Source: Rhodothermales bacterium | GTDB lineage: Bacteria > Bacteroidota > Rhodothermia > Rhodothermales > VXPQ01 | Length of the DNA stretch: 64,000 nucleotides | Direction: 5' to 3' | Assembly: GCA_022825385.1 (NCBI GenBank) | Contig: JAJDWX010000042.1 | Span: 31,406-95,405, forward strand | Shown here: in pieces, positions 49,492-59,379 of the stretch | Layout of the letters: each line of letters starts with the position of its first letter | Numbering within the stretch: position 1 is the first letter of the stretch | Position numbers and translations under genes: made by a program | Notes under the pieces: generated by a model | Seen by the model: only the letters and a program-made list of their open reading frames with translations | Database searches by the model: none | Told to the model about the DNA's origin: nothing

Positions 49492-50925
49492 ATGCGGAGC
49501 CTGGTCTGCGCGGCGCTTTTGGGCGCGGCGTGGTGCGCTTGCTCTGCCTGGGCGCCTGCCCTTGCGCATGTTCAGGAGGCTGCGCCGGTTCCCGAGGAAG
49601 CGGAGCGGACGTTCGAGGACGCCCTTGAGGCGTTCGGGGAGGGCGCGTATGCCCTGGCGGCCCGGCTGTTCGAACAGGTTCGCACGGCGTACGAACGCCA
49701 CGACCGCACCACGGCGGCCCTGCTCATGGAGGCCAAGGCCCTGTATCGGGACGGGCGTTTCGAAGCCGCTGCGGAGCGGGCGCGCTTGCTTGCGGCGGAA
49801 TTCCCGGAGAGTCGGTATGTCGAAGCCGCCGCCCAGCTGCGGGAAAGGGCCGAAGAGGGGCTTGCGCGCAACGTGGCGTTGCCGCGCAACCTCGGCGTCC
49901 TGTTGCCGCTCGACGGCGACCATGCCCCGCTTGCCCAGGCGCTTTTCACCGGGGTGCGCATGGCCGTGGACGAACATAACGCGCAGCATCCGGACCGGCC
50001 CGTGCGCATGGTTTTCCGAAACACGGGAGCCGATTCGGCGCGCGCCGCCGAAGCCGCGGAGGAACTGGCGGCCCTCGGCGCGCAAGCCATGATCGGACCG
50101 ATCTATAGCGGAGAAGCGGCCGCCGCCGCCGAAGCGGCCGAGCGGACCGGGGTGGCGTTGATGGCGCCGCTGGCCACCGACGAGGGCGTGTCGGGCGGCA
50201 AGCGCTACGTTTTTCAGGCGAATCCCACCCTTGTTATGCGCGGGCGGCTTATGGCCCGCTTCGCCGCGAGAAGCCTTCGGCTGAACGAATTCGGCGTCAT
50301 TGGCGAGCGGGACCGCGACCGTATCAGCGAACGCATGGCGCGGGGCTTCCTGGAGGAGGCGGCGCGGGAAGGGCAAACCGTGCAGTACGATACGCTGCTG
50401 GTTTCGCAAACGGCCTGGAGCCGATTGTCCGAAACGCTGTCGCGGAGCGCGATCCTGGGCGCAAGCGCCGTGTATTTGCCCATCGCGTCGGGGGAGAGCG
50501 TGGCCCGCATCCATGCCGCCATAACCAGTTTCGACCGTATGCGTCTCGCCGACGAGATTCGGATTCTCGGCAACGGGGCCTGGCGGTCTGTCCCGGATCC
50601 GGCGCGGGCTTCCCGGTACGCCGCGACCTACGCCGATGATTTTCATGTCGAGGCGGGCGATCCGGCGGCGCTGGCCTTCAGGGAACGGTATCGCGAACTG
50701 GCGGGTGCCGAGCCGGAAGGCCGCCTTGCGATCGTCGGGTACGATACGGCCCGTTTTCTGATACCGCTTCTCGTGGAAGATGCTGCCGCGCCGCTTGCGG
50801 ACCGCATCCGCGAGGCGCCGCTGCGGGAAGGGCTGGGCACCCGCATCCATTTCGACGGGGGCAACGTGAATGCGGCCATGTTCTGGTTCCGGTATCAGGA
50901 CGGCGAAGCGCGGCGGTTGCGATAG
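49492..50925 (+). CDS. Periplasmic protein with N-terminal TPR and periplasmic-binding-protein fold (LpoA/LppC-like)
   Basis: Signal peptide; TPR-like helices (AEFPESRY); GVLLPL, IGPIYS, GYDTARF. Confidence 0.75.
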   Translation: MRSLVCAALLGAAWCACSAWAPALAHVQEAAPVPEEAERTFEDALEAFGEGAYALAARLFEQVRTAYERHDRTTAALLMEAKALYRDGRFEAAAERARLLAAEFPESRYVEAAAQLRERAEEGLARNVALPRNLGVLLPLDGDHAPLAQALFTGVRMAVDEHNAQHPDRPVRMVFRNTGADSARAAEAAEELAALGAQAMIGPIYSGEAAAAAEAAERTGVALMAPLATDEGVSGGKRYVFQANPTLVMRGRLMARFAARSLRLNEFGVIGERDRDRISERMARGFLEEAAREGQTVQYDTLLVSQTAWSRLSETLSRSAILGASAVYLPIASGESVARIHAAITSFDRMRLADEIRILGNGAWRSVPDPARASRYAATYADDFHVEAGDPAALAFRERYRELAGAEPEGRLAIVGYDTARFLIPLLVEDAAAPLADRIREAPLREGLGTRIHFDGGNVNAAMFWFRYQDGEARRLR

Positions 50926-51080
50926 GCCAAGGATACGTTATCGAAACCGTTTCGCGCAGCGCAGGAACAGCAGGGCCGCCGACCGGTACATACTTTTGTC
51001 TTGTCTTTCCCGTCGCGCTGCTGCGCGTCGTTATTGTTTCGCCTTTTTCGGGTTTCGGATACGTATTCGCGCTGCCAGCC

Positions 51081-51902
51081 ATGTCCTCGTTTTTGCGCCC
51101 TTTCCTTTCTGTCGTCCTGTTGCTTGCGCTGCTGGCGCTGTCTGCGTGTTCCGGCGCGGGGCGCATTCGGTACGATTCGCCCGACGACGCCTACGCCAAG
51201 GGGCTGCGCCTGTTCGAGGAGGGTAAATACGAACGGGCGGTTCCCTTTTTTCAGGGCGTTTTCGATTACGGCAGAACGTCCGAAGTCGCTGCGGACGCGC
51301 AACTTTATCTTGCGCGGGCGCATTTCGAGGCCCGCGACTATATTCTGGCCGCTTCCGAGTACTCGCGGTTCGTGAATACCTACCGGACGAATCCCAATGT
51401 AGAGGCCGCCATGTTCGAACGGGCTGTTTCGTACCACCATCTTTCGCCGCAGTACGCCCTGGACCAGACCAATACCCGGCAGGCGATTACGTACCTGCAA
51501 TTGTTCCTGGACCGGTTTCCCGATTCTGATCTGAAAGGCGAAGCGGAAGAATATTTGCGCGTTTTGCGGGAGAAACTGGCGCGCAAGGCGTACGAATCGG
51601 CGGGCCTGTACGAGCGCCGGGGCATTTACGAGGCGGCGGCGCTTTCCTACGAGCGGGTTTTCGATACGTATCCGGATACGCAGTGGGCCGACGACGCCTT
51701 GCTGGGCGCCATGCGTTCGTACCTGGCTTTCGCGGATCTGAGCATTGAATCGCGTCAGCCGGAGCGGCTCCAGTTGGCGATCGATAATTATACCCGCCTC
51801 GTAGAACTTTTTCGGGACAGCCCGCTCGTGAAGGAGGCGGAGACGTTCTACGAGACGGCGTCCGGGCGGCTCGCCGAACTTGCAAGCAACGCCACCAGCT
51901 GA
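51081..51902 (+). CDS. bamD: Outer membrane protein assembly factor BamD
   Basis: Lipobox LSAC; TPRs; SPQYALDQTNT, FLDRFPDS, YPDTQWADDAL. Confidence 0.9.
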   Translation: MSSFLRPFLSVVLLLALLALSACSGAGRIRYDSPDDAYAKGLRLFEEGKYERAVPFFQGVFDYGRTSEVAADAQLYLARAHFEARDYILAASEYSRFVNTYRTNPNVEAAMFERAVSYHHLSPQYALDQTNTRQAITYLQLFLDRFPDSDLKGEAEEYLRVLREKLARKAYESAGLYERRGIYEAAALSYERVFDTYPDTQWADDALLGAMRSYLAFADLSIESRQPERLQLAIDNYTRLVELFRDSPLVKEAETFYETASGRLAELASNATS

Positions 51903-51911
51903 TATCCTTAC

Positions 51912-52517
51912 TTGGCCGAATCGGTAGCGGATAGCGCGCGGCGCGTAGGGATTTTCGGGGGCACCTTCAATCCGCCGCACAGGGGGCATCTTCTCCTTGC
52001 CAGGAAGGTGCGAGATCGATGCAGCCTGGATCGCGTACTTTGGGTTCCGAATAGCCGTTCTCCGTTCAAAACCGGGAAGGATCTGGCCCCTGCATCGGAC
52101 CGGCTGGCCATGGCGCGGGCCGCTACGGCGGGCGATGCGGGTTTCGCCGTCTCGGAAATAGAGATACGGCAAGGGGGTACCTCTTATACGGTGGAAACGC
52201 TGCGAAAGTTACGGCAGGCGTATCCCGACGCAGCGTTTCGGCTTGTCGTGGGCCGCGATCAACTCGCTGGATTTGCCCGCTGGCGCGAACCGGAAGAAAT
52301 CGTTCGCCTTGCCCCGCTCATCGTGTTTCCGCGCCCGGGATACGAGGAGGCGGCCATTCCGGCAGGATTCGAGCGGCATGTGGAATTCGTCGACGCGCCC
52401 GGCGTCGAAATCTCCGCCACGGACATACGGGAACGCCTTCGGGCCGGGAGGTCCGTTCGGGACCTGGTTCCCCCGGCGGTTTTGGAGATCATAGCGGCGC
52501 GGGGATTGTATCGCTGA
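51912..52517 (+). CDS. nadD: Nicotinate-nucleotide adenylyltransferase
   Basis: GIFGGTFNPPHRGH, SYTVETL, ISATDIR. Confidence 0.93.
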   Translation: MAESVADSARRVGIFGGTFNPPHRGHLLLARKVRDRCSLDRVLWVPNSRSPFKTGKDLAPASDRLAMARAATAGDAGFAVSEIEIRQGGTSYTVETLRKLRQAYPDAAFRLVVGRDQLAGFARWREPEEIVRLAPLIVFPRPGYEEAAIPAGFERHVEFVDAPGVEISATDIRERLRAGRSVRDLVPPAVLEIIAARGLYR

Positions 52518-52518
52518 T

Positions 52519-52546
52519 CTTCGCGGATTTAATCAGAATATCTTTA
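52519..52546. mobile_element. Solo degenerate end of the 7.9-8.2 kb MITE family
   Basis: cttcgcggatttaatcagaatatcttta versus cttcgcggatttaatcagagtatcctta at 8170-8197 (2 mismatches). Confidence 0.7.
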
Positions 52547-52677
52547 GGCGAGGGCGAAAAAGGGTGCAATATATTGCGGGGCGGCGTATTTTGCCGATAC
52601 GCCGCTGCGTCGATGTAACGTTATAGCGCAGCGTCGCAAAGCCCGCAAGGCTCCTGTGCAGTTGCCATTTTGTTAAT

Positions 52678-54684
52678 ATGTATACGTTCCCGACCGTATT
52701 TTTTCGGGGATGCCCTTCGGTTCGCGCCGCCGGGACCCACCCCGATTCGGAAAACGGATCAGAAAACAGACCGCGGTATTTTCTGGCGGCCTGTTCCGGC
52801 TTGTTATTTTGTTTGCTTCTTGCAGGCGCGGCGGGCGAGGTTGCGGCGCAGTCCCGCGTCCAGCCAGGCCGCGCCGCCGCTGATCCCGTGGTGGTAAGCC
52901 TGGTTCGCGAGCGAGGTAAAGCCGTGCCGGAGGAGGTAGGGGAGGTGCTGATTCGCGTACAACTGAGTCGTGCGCTTGCGGTGGGCGAGCGCGTCGAGGT
53001 GCCCTTCGTCATTAGCGGAAGCGGCGTTGCCCCGGAAGATTTCGATCTGACGGCAGAGGGCGGAAGCCCCCATTCCTTCGATAGTTTGACCCCGAGGCTT
53101 GTTTTCGACGCCGGCGACTCGTTTATCTGGCTTGCTTTGGATCCCGTAGCGGACGGGATAGACGAAGGCGGGAGCGAGACCATAACGTTTTCGCTTGGTT
53201 CGGACGAGCAATTCGACGCGCCCGGCCGGGAAACGAATGTCGCCGGCGGAGCCGATCCGCATGCCACGGACAATCGGGTCGAGGTGGTTATTCTGGATGT
53301 GGCGTCCACCATGTCCGTGTTCGCGGAGGTCGATTCGCTCACGGAGGGCGAGACGGTAAAGTTCACGTTTACGGCGGATCCGGCGCCCGAGGCGGACATC
53401 GTCCTGGTGTTTCTGGTTTACGACTATGGGCCGACGTTCAGGCGCACATGGATTACGGAGGCCTACGACAGGCTGCATTGGCTTACCATGCCGGCCAACG
53501 CGACGACCCTGGACTATTTCGTGCCGACCATCAACACGCCGTCTTACGAATCATTCGGTTCCGTCCGCCTGGCTTTGCATGAGCCCCGGGATGCAGGTTA
53601 TAAGCTTGGAGAGCTGTTCGCATCTGTCGAGATCGTGGACACCGAAACGTTTCCTGCGCTTCCGGTCGCAACCTTCTCAAGCGCCACGGCGTCGGTGGAC
53701 GAAACAGCCGGATCGACTACGGTCGGCATCGCGCTTTCGCTGGCTGCGCCAGCGGCCCTGACGCTGAACTACGACGTGTCCGGCACAGCCACGCACGACG
53801 TGGATTACGTTATAAGCGGCGTCAGGCACTCGTCTGGAACCGTCTCTGTCGCACAGGACGCCACGTCTGCCTCTATTCCCATCGCCATCCTGGACGACGC
53901 CGATGTCGAGGGCGACGAGACGATCACGCTTACCCTGACGGACGGAACCGGCTATTCGATTGGCACGCCGGGCCGCATTGAGATCACGCTCCGGGACGAC
54001 GACTCGCCGCCCGTTACGCCGGACCCGCCGCCTGTTACGCCGGACCCGCCGCCCGTTACGCCGGAGGTCACGCTGTCGGCTTCGCCGAACCCTGTGAGCG
54101 AGGGGAATTCCGTTACCGTTACGGCCTTGATCAGCCGGGCGCTGCCTGATGCCGTAACCATTCCGCTCGTCCTGACGGCGGGGTCGGCGGAGGCGGACGA
54201 CTACGGCGCGCTTGCCTCCATCGAGATTCCAGCCAACGAGGCAAGCGGCGCGGGCGAGATTACGACGGCGCAGGATAGCGATACGGACGACGAGACCTTC
54301 ACCGTGGCGCTGGGGGACTTACCCGGCATCGTCGCAGCCGGAACGCCGGCGTCGGTTGCCCTGCGCATCACGGACAACACCCGCGTGGTTTCGATCGAAT
54401 CGCCGGGCGACGAAATACCCGTGACCTTTGCGCTGGAGCAAAACTATCCGAACCCCTTCAATCCGTCCACGACCATCGAATTTGCGCTCGACAAGACGCA
54501 GCATGTTACGCTGTCGGTGTACGACCTTTTGGGGCAGGAGGTGCGGACGCTTGTGGACGGCGTCCAGCCGGCGGCCCGCTACAGCGTTTCGTTCGACGCG
54601 TCGGACCTGGCGAGCGGCGCGTATCTCTATGTGCTTCGGACAGAGGAACAGACCGCCGTCAAGGCCATGGCGCTGCTGAAGTAG
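52678..54684 (+). CDS. T9SS type-A sorting domain protein with Calx-beta-like repeats and a Pro/Thr linker
   Basis: ILDDADVEGDETITLTL, DSDTDDETFTVAL; C-terminal FALEQNYPNPFNPSTTIEF...LASGAYLY...MALLK. Start uncertain. Confidence 0.88.
   Translation: MYTFPTVFFRGCPSVRAAGTHPDSENGSENRPRYFLAACSGLLFCLLLAGAAGEVAAQSRVQPGRAAADPVVVSLVRERGKAVPEEVGEVLIRVQLSRALAVGERVEVPFVISGSGVAPEDFDLTAEGGSPHSFDSLTPRLVFDAGDSFIWLALDPVADGIDEGGSETITFSLGSDEQFDAPGRETNVAGGADPHATDNRVEVVILDVASTMSVFAEVDSLTEGETVKFTFTADPAPEADIVLVFLVYDYGPTFRRTWITEAYDRLHWLTMPANATTLDYFVPTINTPSYESFGSVRLALHEPRDAGYKLGELFASVEIVDTETFPALPVATFSSATASVDETAGSTTVGIALSLAAPAALTLNYDVSGTATHDVDYVISGVRHSSGTVSVAQDATSASIPIAILDDADVEGDETITLTLTDGTGYSIGTPGRIEITLRDDDSPPVTPDPPPVTPDPPPVTPEVTLSASPNPVSEGNSVTVTALISRALPDAVTIPLVLTAGSAEADDYGALASIEIPANEASGAGEITTAQDSDTDDETFTVALGDLPGIVAAGTPASVALRITDNTRVVSIESPGDEIPVTFALEQNYPNPFNPSTTIEFALDKTQHVTLSVYDLLGQEVRTLVDGVQPAARYSVSFDASDLASGAYLYVLRTEEQTAVKAMALLK
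54001..54063 (+). repeat. In-frame 21-bp tandem repeat x3 (DSPPVTP/DPPPVTP)
   Basis: gactcgccgcccgttacgccg, gacccgccgcctgttacgccg, gacccgccgcccgttacgccg. Confidence 0.9.
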
Positions 54685-54688
54685 GGGT

Positions 54689-54999
54689 GGGGTCCGGGGG
54701 CGCCTTTGAACGAATACATAAGGGTGCGTAGACTATGGGTTGGCGGGCATATTCCGGGGCCCGATGTTTCGTTCATAGGCGCCCCCGGACCCCGTTGTCT
54801 GTGCTGATTGGTCTGTGGCGTACCTTTTCGGGGTCTGGTTAAAATAGTAAGGCGCGGAAATTTCGAGGTTAAATAAATAAGGCGAGGATATTGAGGGGTC
54901 TGGAACGCGCATTTTCACGAAACATAGGGCCCGGGATCGGCTACGCCCTCTTAACCTGCCGCACGTTTATGTTTCGTGAAAATGCGCGTTCCAGGCTCC
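54689..54999. repeat. Composite intergenic element: two related 105-bp hairpins in inverted orientation flanking twin-palindrome motif copy 4 (54837-54884)
   Basis: H1 54689-54793 (arms about 30 bp, near perfect); H2 54895-54999 (perfect 27-bp arms 54900-54926/54968-54994); the reverse complement of H1 aligns to H2. Confidence 0.85.
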
Positions 55000-55164
55000 G
55001 TTGTTTGTGCTTTTTGATTGCGCCAGGCCTTCTGCCCGATTCCCTACCGATAAATTCGGCGTATCGGGTACGCGGCGAATGTCGTATCTTACCCCAGGCA
55101 TTCTTCCATGCTGTCGTTTTCGCGACAGCCTGTTTTACACTAAAACCTGTTCAGGATTGCAATT

Positions 55165-55749
55165 ATGGCCCTTACCTACTCGACCATGGAGGAGCTCGGA
55201 TCGTCCGCTCCGCCTTTTGATCTTCCGGTCGCGAACCCCTCTGCGGACGGCCTGCCCGGCGACCGCCGCCGCCTCGACCAGTATGACGCGGCGGCGCTGG
55301 TCATTGTTTTTACCTGCAACCACTGCCCGTTTGCGAAGCATGTCGAGGACGCGCTGATCCAGTCCGCCGCGGCTTGGGCGAACCGGGGCGTACAATTCGC
55401 GCTCGTCAATTCGAACGACGCCAAGGGGTATCCAGAAGACTCCTTCGACGCCATGGCGGCGCGGGCCGCCGAAAAGGCCTATCCGTTTCCCTATCTGTAC
55501 GACGAATCGCAGGAAGTCGCCAAGGCGTACGGCGCCGTATGCACCCCCGATATTTTCGCGTACGACCGCAGCAAGAAACTGGTCTACCGGGGACGCTACG
55601 ACGAGACCCGTCCCGGCATGGGCGCAGCGACCGGCAAGGACCTGCACGACGCCCTCGACCTTTTCCTTTCGTCCGGCGAGGTCCTGTCCGAACAGATCCC
55701 TTCCGTAGGGTGCAATATCAAATGGAAACCGGGCAACGCGCCCGCATGA
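55165..55749 (+). CDS. Thioredoxin-family (AhpC/TSA-like) protein
   Basis: FTCNHCPF, NSND..YPEDS, FPYLYDESQEVAKAYGAVCTPD, GCNIKWK. Confidence 0.9.
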   Translation: MALTYSTMEELGSSAPPFDLPVANPSADGLPGDRRRLDQYDAAALVIVFTCNHCPFAKHVEDALIQSAAAWANRGVQFALVNSNDAKGYPEDSFDAMAARAAEKAYPFPYLYDESQEVAKAYGAVCTPDIFAYDRSKKLVYRGRYDETRPGMGAATGKDLHDALDLFLSSGEVLSEQIPSVGCNIKWKPGNAPA

Positions 55750-55764
55750 TCGTTCGTTTTCGCT

Positions 55765-57201
55765 TTGCCCGCCGACGCTGTGGAGTGGATCGTTCTGTTG
55801 CCCCCCGTTATTGCGATTACCCTCGCGCTGTGGAGCCGACGGGTGTACTTGTCCCTGCTGGCCGGATTGTGGGTCGGGACCATCATTCTCGCGGGCGGTA
55901 ATCCGGTTCGGGGGCTGGGGGAACTGGTCGCGCAACTGGTGGCCGTTTTCGAGGATCCGGGCAACACGCGGATCCTCTTTTTCTGCCTGCTCGTGGGCGG
56001 CCTCATCGCGCTGATGCAGGTTTCCGGCGGCGTGCATGGTTTTGTGGCCTGGGCGCAACGACGGGGGTGGGGCACGTCGCGGAAAGGGGCCGAACTGCTG
56101 GCCTGGGCCGTCGGGATGGTGGTATTCGTGGAATCGAATATCACGTCCCTGACGGTGGGGGCGGTGAGTCGCCCGCTGTTCGACAAACTGAAATTGCCTC
56201 GGGAAAAGCTTGCCTATTACTGCGACGCGACGAGCGCGCCGGTGTGCATGGCCATTCCGCTGAACGGCTGGGGCGCGTATTTGCTGGGCTTGCTGGCGGC
56301 GCAGGGAATTTCAAGCGCCGCCGTGTCCTTGCTCGCCGAGTCGCTCATGTTCAACTTTTTCAGCATAGGCGCCATTCTTTTCGCGCTGATCCTTGCCTGG
56401 ACGGGCTGGGGATTCGGTCCCATGAAGCGGGCGGAGAGGCGGGCGGCAGAGACCGGCGCGCTCACCCGGCCCGGATCGAAACCGCTCATTGCCGACGAGC
56501 TGGCGGGGATCGAGCCGGTCCCGAACGCCCCCCGGCACGTACGCGACCTGATGATTCCCCTTGGCGTTATGGTGGGGATGATTTTCGTGGGGCTGCACGT
56601 TACGGGCCAGGGAAATATCATGGAAGGCAGCGGCTCGACGGCGGTGTTGTGGGCCGTGGGATCCGCCGTGGGCGCAGCGATGGTTTTGTACGCCCTCCCC
56701 CGGCGCGGTCGTCCCGTGCTGCGGATCGGGGATTCGATGGATCAGGTGCTGAAGGGGTCTTCCGGACTGGTCGGCGTGACCTTTCTGGTGCTATTGGCTT
56801 TTGCGCTGGGGCGCGTGGCCCGGGAAATGGAAATGGGCGCCTACGTGGCGGGCTTGCTGGACGCCGGCGGTCCGGTGTGGTGGATGCCCGCCGCCGTGTT
56901 CCTGATCGGGGGTTTCATTTCGTTCGCGCTGGGTTCTTCCTGGACGGGGTTTGCGCTATTGTTGCCCATCGCGCTTCCGCTGGCGGAGGGGACCGGCGTA
57001 TCGGCGCCGCTTATGCTGGGGGCTGTCCTTTCCGGGGGCGTTTTCGGGGATTACTCCTCGCCGCTATCCGACACGTCCATTATTTCGTCGATGTCGGCGG
57101 CGTGCGACCATATCGACCATGTGCGTTCGCAAATGCCCTATGCGCTCGTCGTGGCGGGGGCGACCTTGCTGGCCTACGTCGCGGCGGGGCTGGCGATGTA
57201 G
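55765..57201 (+). CDS. Na+/H+ antiporter NhaC family transporter
   Basis: Multiple TM helices; REKLAYYCDATSAPV, GSSWTGF, GGVFGDYSSPLSDTSIISS, HIDHVRSQMPYA. Confidence 0.88.
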   Translation: MPADAVEWIVLLPPVIAITLALWSRRVYLSLLAGLWVGTIILAGGNPVRGLGELVAQLVAVFEDPGNTRILFFCLLVGGLIALMQVSGGVHGFVAWAQRRGWGTSRKGAELLAWAVGMVVFVESNITSLTVGAVSRPLFDKLKLPREKLAYYCDATSAPVCMAIPLNGWGAYLLGLLAAQGISSAAVSLLAESLMFNFFSIGAILFALILAWTGWGFGPMKRAERRAAETGALTRPGSKPLIADELAGIEPVPNAPRHVRDLMIPLGVMVGMIFVGLHVTGQGNIMEGSGSTAVLWAVGSAVGAAMVLYALPRRGRPVLRIGDSMDQVLKGSSGLVGVTFLVLLAFALGRVAREMEMGAYVAGLLDAGGPVWWMPAAVFLIGGFISFALGSSWTGFALLLPIALPLAEGTGVSAPLMLGAVLSGGVFGDYSSPLSDTSIISSMSAACDHIDHVRSQMPYALVVAGATLLAYVAAGLAM

Positions 57202-57232
57202 GGCGCAAGGGAGGGGGCTGTCCTGAGCCTTC

Positions 57233-59278
57233 TTAAGATTCGTCGGGGGCGAAGTACATGCTTTCGGCGTATTCCTTCACCATGCGCGTCGCGGAGAACC
57301 GGGGCGCAAGTTCCGCCATGGCCGCGCGCATCCGCCCGATCCATTGCGTCGGGAGGCCCCGTCCGTCCCGTTCGTAGAATGCCGGAACGACGCCCTGTTC
57401 GAGCTGCCGATAGAGGCTTTCTGCGTCGCGGCGGTCCAGTTCTTTCTGTCCGAAGCTGCCGTCGGCGTATCCGTGGCCGATGGCCCAGCCGTTTTCTCCG
57501 TTGTATCCTTCCGGCCACCATCCGTCCAGCACGGACAGGTTGAGTCCGCCGTGCACGGCCGCTTTTTGTCCGCTTGTGCCGCTGGCTTCCATGGGGCTGC
57601 GCGGATTGTTCAGCCAGACGTCGCACCCGGAAACCAGCATGCGGCCGATCTCCATGTTGTAATTCTCCAGAAACGCGATGCGGCCCTTGAATCCGGGTTG
57701 CCGGGCCGCTTCCAGAATCTGCCGGATGAACTGTTTGCCTTCTTCGTCTTCCGGGTGCGATTTGCCTGCGTAGACGATCTGGATCGGGCGCTCCGGGTTG
57801 TTGAACAGCGCGCGGGCCCGTTCCATGTCCGTAAACAGGAGGGGCGCGCGTTTGTAGGTGGCGAACCGGCGGGCGAAGCCGATCGTGAGGGCGTCGGGAT
57901 CGAGTTCGCAAGGAATGGAAAGGGATCGCCTGGCGACATGCGCTTTGGCAAAGCGGATCAGGCGGCGCCGCAGTTCGTTCCGGTATGCCCACAGCGCTTC
58001 GTCCGGAATGTCGGCGACGCTTCGCCAGAAGCGCAGGTCGTCGATATGTTCTTGCCAGGCCCCGAGCTGTTTGTCGAGGAATGCGCGCGCCGCCGGGACG
58101 GCCCAGGTGGCCACATGGATTCCGTTCGTAATGGCGCCGATGGGCACGTCCTGTACGCGGCGTTCCGGGAACATGGGATGCCATTGGCGCTGGGCCACAT
58201 GCCCGTTGCGCTGGGAAACGCCGTTGGCGCAGCGCGACATGTTGAGCCCCAGTACGGTCATGGTGAACCATTCTCCGGCATTCTCCTTGTCCACCCGCCC
58301 GTAAGCCATCAGGTCGTGTTCGCTGTGTCCCAGTTCTTCCCGCAACGCGCTCATTTCGCTGAGGAACATGCCGGGGTCGAAGCGGTCGTGTCCGGCAAGG
58401 ACCGGCGTGTGCGTCGTGAATACGCACGCTTCGCGCACAGCTTGGACGGCTTTCTCCCGGTTTTCGCCCAGGGCCAGGCGTTCGCGCAGCAGTTCGAGGG
58501 CCAGGAAGGCGCAATGGCCTTCGTTCATATGGTATACGTCCGTTTCCACGCCCAGCGCGCGCAGCAGCCGGACGCCGCCGACGCCCAGAACGATTTCCTG
58601 TTGAAGCCGGGTACGGCGTCCGCCCTGGTACAAGCGGGACGTCGCGTTGCGGAATTCTTCCGGGTTGTCCTCGACGTTCGTGTCCAGCAGGTACAGGGTC
58701 GCCCGTCCGACGCGGGCCCGCCATGCCTGTATCCGGATCGGGTCGTTCCCGAAATGCACGGTGACCAGGCAGGGTTTTCCGTCCGCTCCGCGAACGAGTT
58801 CAAGCGGGTGGTTCGCCGGGTCGAGCGCGGGGTACCGCTCCAGTTGCCATCCGTCCTCGGTGAAATGCTGCTCGAAGTATCCTTGCTTCAGGAACAGGCC
58901 GATCGCCGTGAAGGGAATAGCAAGGTCCGAGGCGGCTTTTGCGTGATCTCCCGCCAGAATGCCCAGTCCGCCCGCATAGATGGGCAGGCTTTCGTGCAGG
59001 CCGAACTCCATGCAGAAGTAGCTGGTGCGGGGGACGCCCGGCGCCGGGCGGGGCGCTTCGAGATAGGCGGAGAGGGCGGCGTACGCCGCGTCTGCGTCGC
59101 TTGCCAGCGCGGCGTCGAACGGGTCCTCCGGGGAGCGCGTTCGCAGTACGGCGACCGGGTTGTTTTTGGCGTTTTGGAACGTCGTCGGGTCCAGGCGTTC
59201 GAAGAGGTTCAGGACGTCGGGATTCCAGCTCCACCAGAGATTGTTTGCGAGCGCTTCGAGTTTTTTGTACGTATTCAT
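57233..59278 (-). CDS. glgP: Alpha-glucan phosphorylase
   Basis: NLWWSW, YFCMEFG, GGLGILAGD, NEGH, ARRFATYKR, EASGTSGQK. Confidence 0.93.
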   Translation of the reverse strand: MNTYKKLEALANNLWWSWNPDVLNLFERLDPTTFQNAKNNPVAVLRTRSPEDPFDAALASDADAAYAALSAYLEAPRPAPGVPRTSYFCMEFGLHESLPIYAGGLGILAGDHAKAASDLAIPFTAIGLFLKQGYFEQHFTEDGWQLERYPALDPANHPLELVRGADGKPCLVTVHFGNDPIRIQAWRARVGRATLYLLDTNVEDNPEEFRNATSRLYQGGRRTRLQQEIVLGVGGVRLLRALGVETDVYHMNEGHCAFLALELLRERLALGENREKAVQAVREACVFTTHTPVLAGHDRFDPGMFLSEMSALREELGHSEHDLMAYGRVDKENAGEWFTMTVLGLNMSRCANGVSQRNGHVAQRQWHPMFPERRVQDVPIGAITNGIHVATWAVPAARAFLDKQLGAWQEHIDDLRFWRSVADIPDEALWAYRNELRRRLIRFAKAHVARRSLSIPCELDPDALTIGFARRFATYKRAPLLFTDMERARALFNNPERPIQIVYAGKSHPEDEEGKQFIRQILEAARQPGFKGRIAFLENYNMEIGRMLVSGCDVWLNNPRSPMEASGTSGQKAAVHGGLNLSVLDGWWPEGYNGENGWAIGHGYADGSFGQKELDRRDAESLYRQLEQGVVPAFYERDGRGLPTQWIGRMRAAMAELAPRFSATRMVKEYAESMYFAPDES

Positions 59279-59379
59279 ACAAGGGGAATCGATTCGGTGG
59301 TTTACGTCGCGCCATGTCGGCGCGCCCCGATGCGGGCGGCCCTGGTGTTTGGCGCGCCCTAATATACTAACGGAAATCC

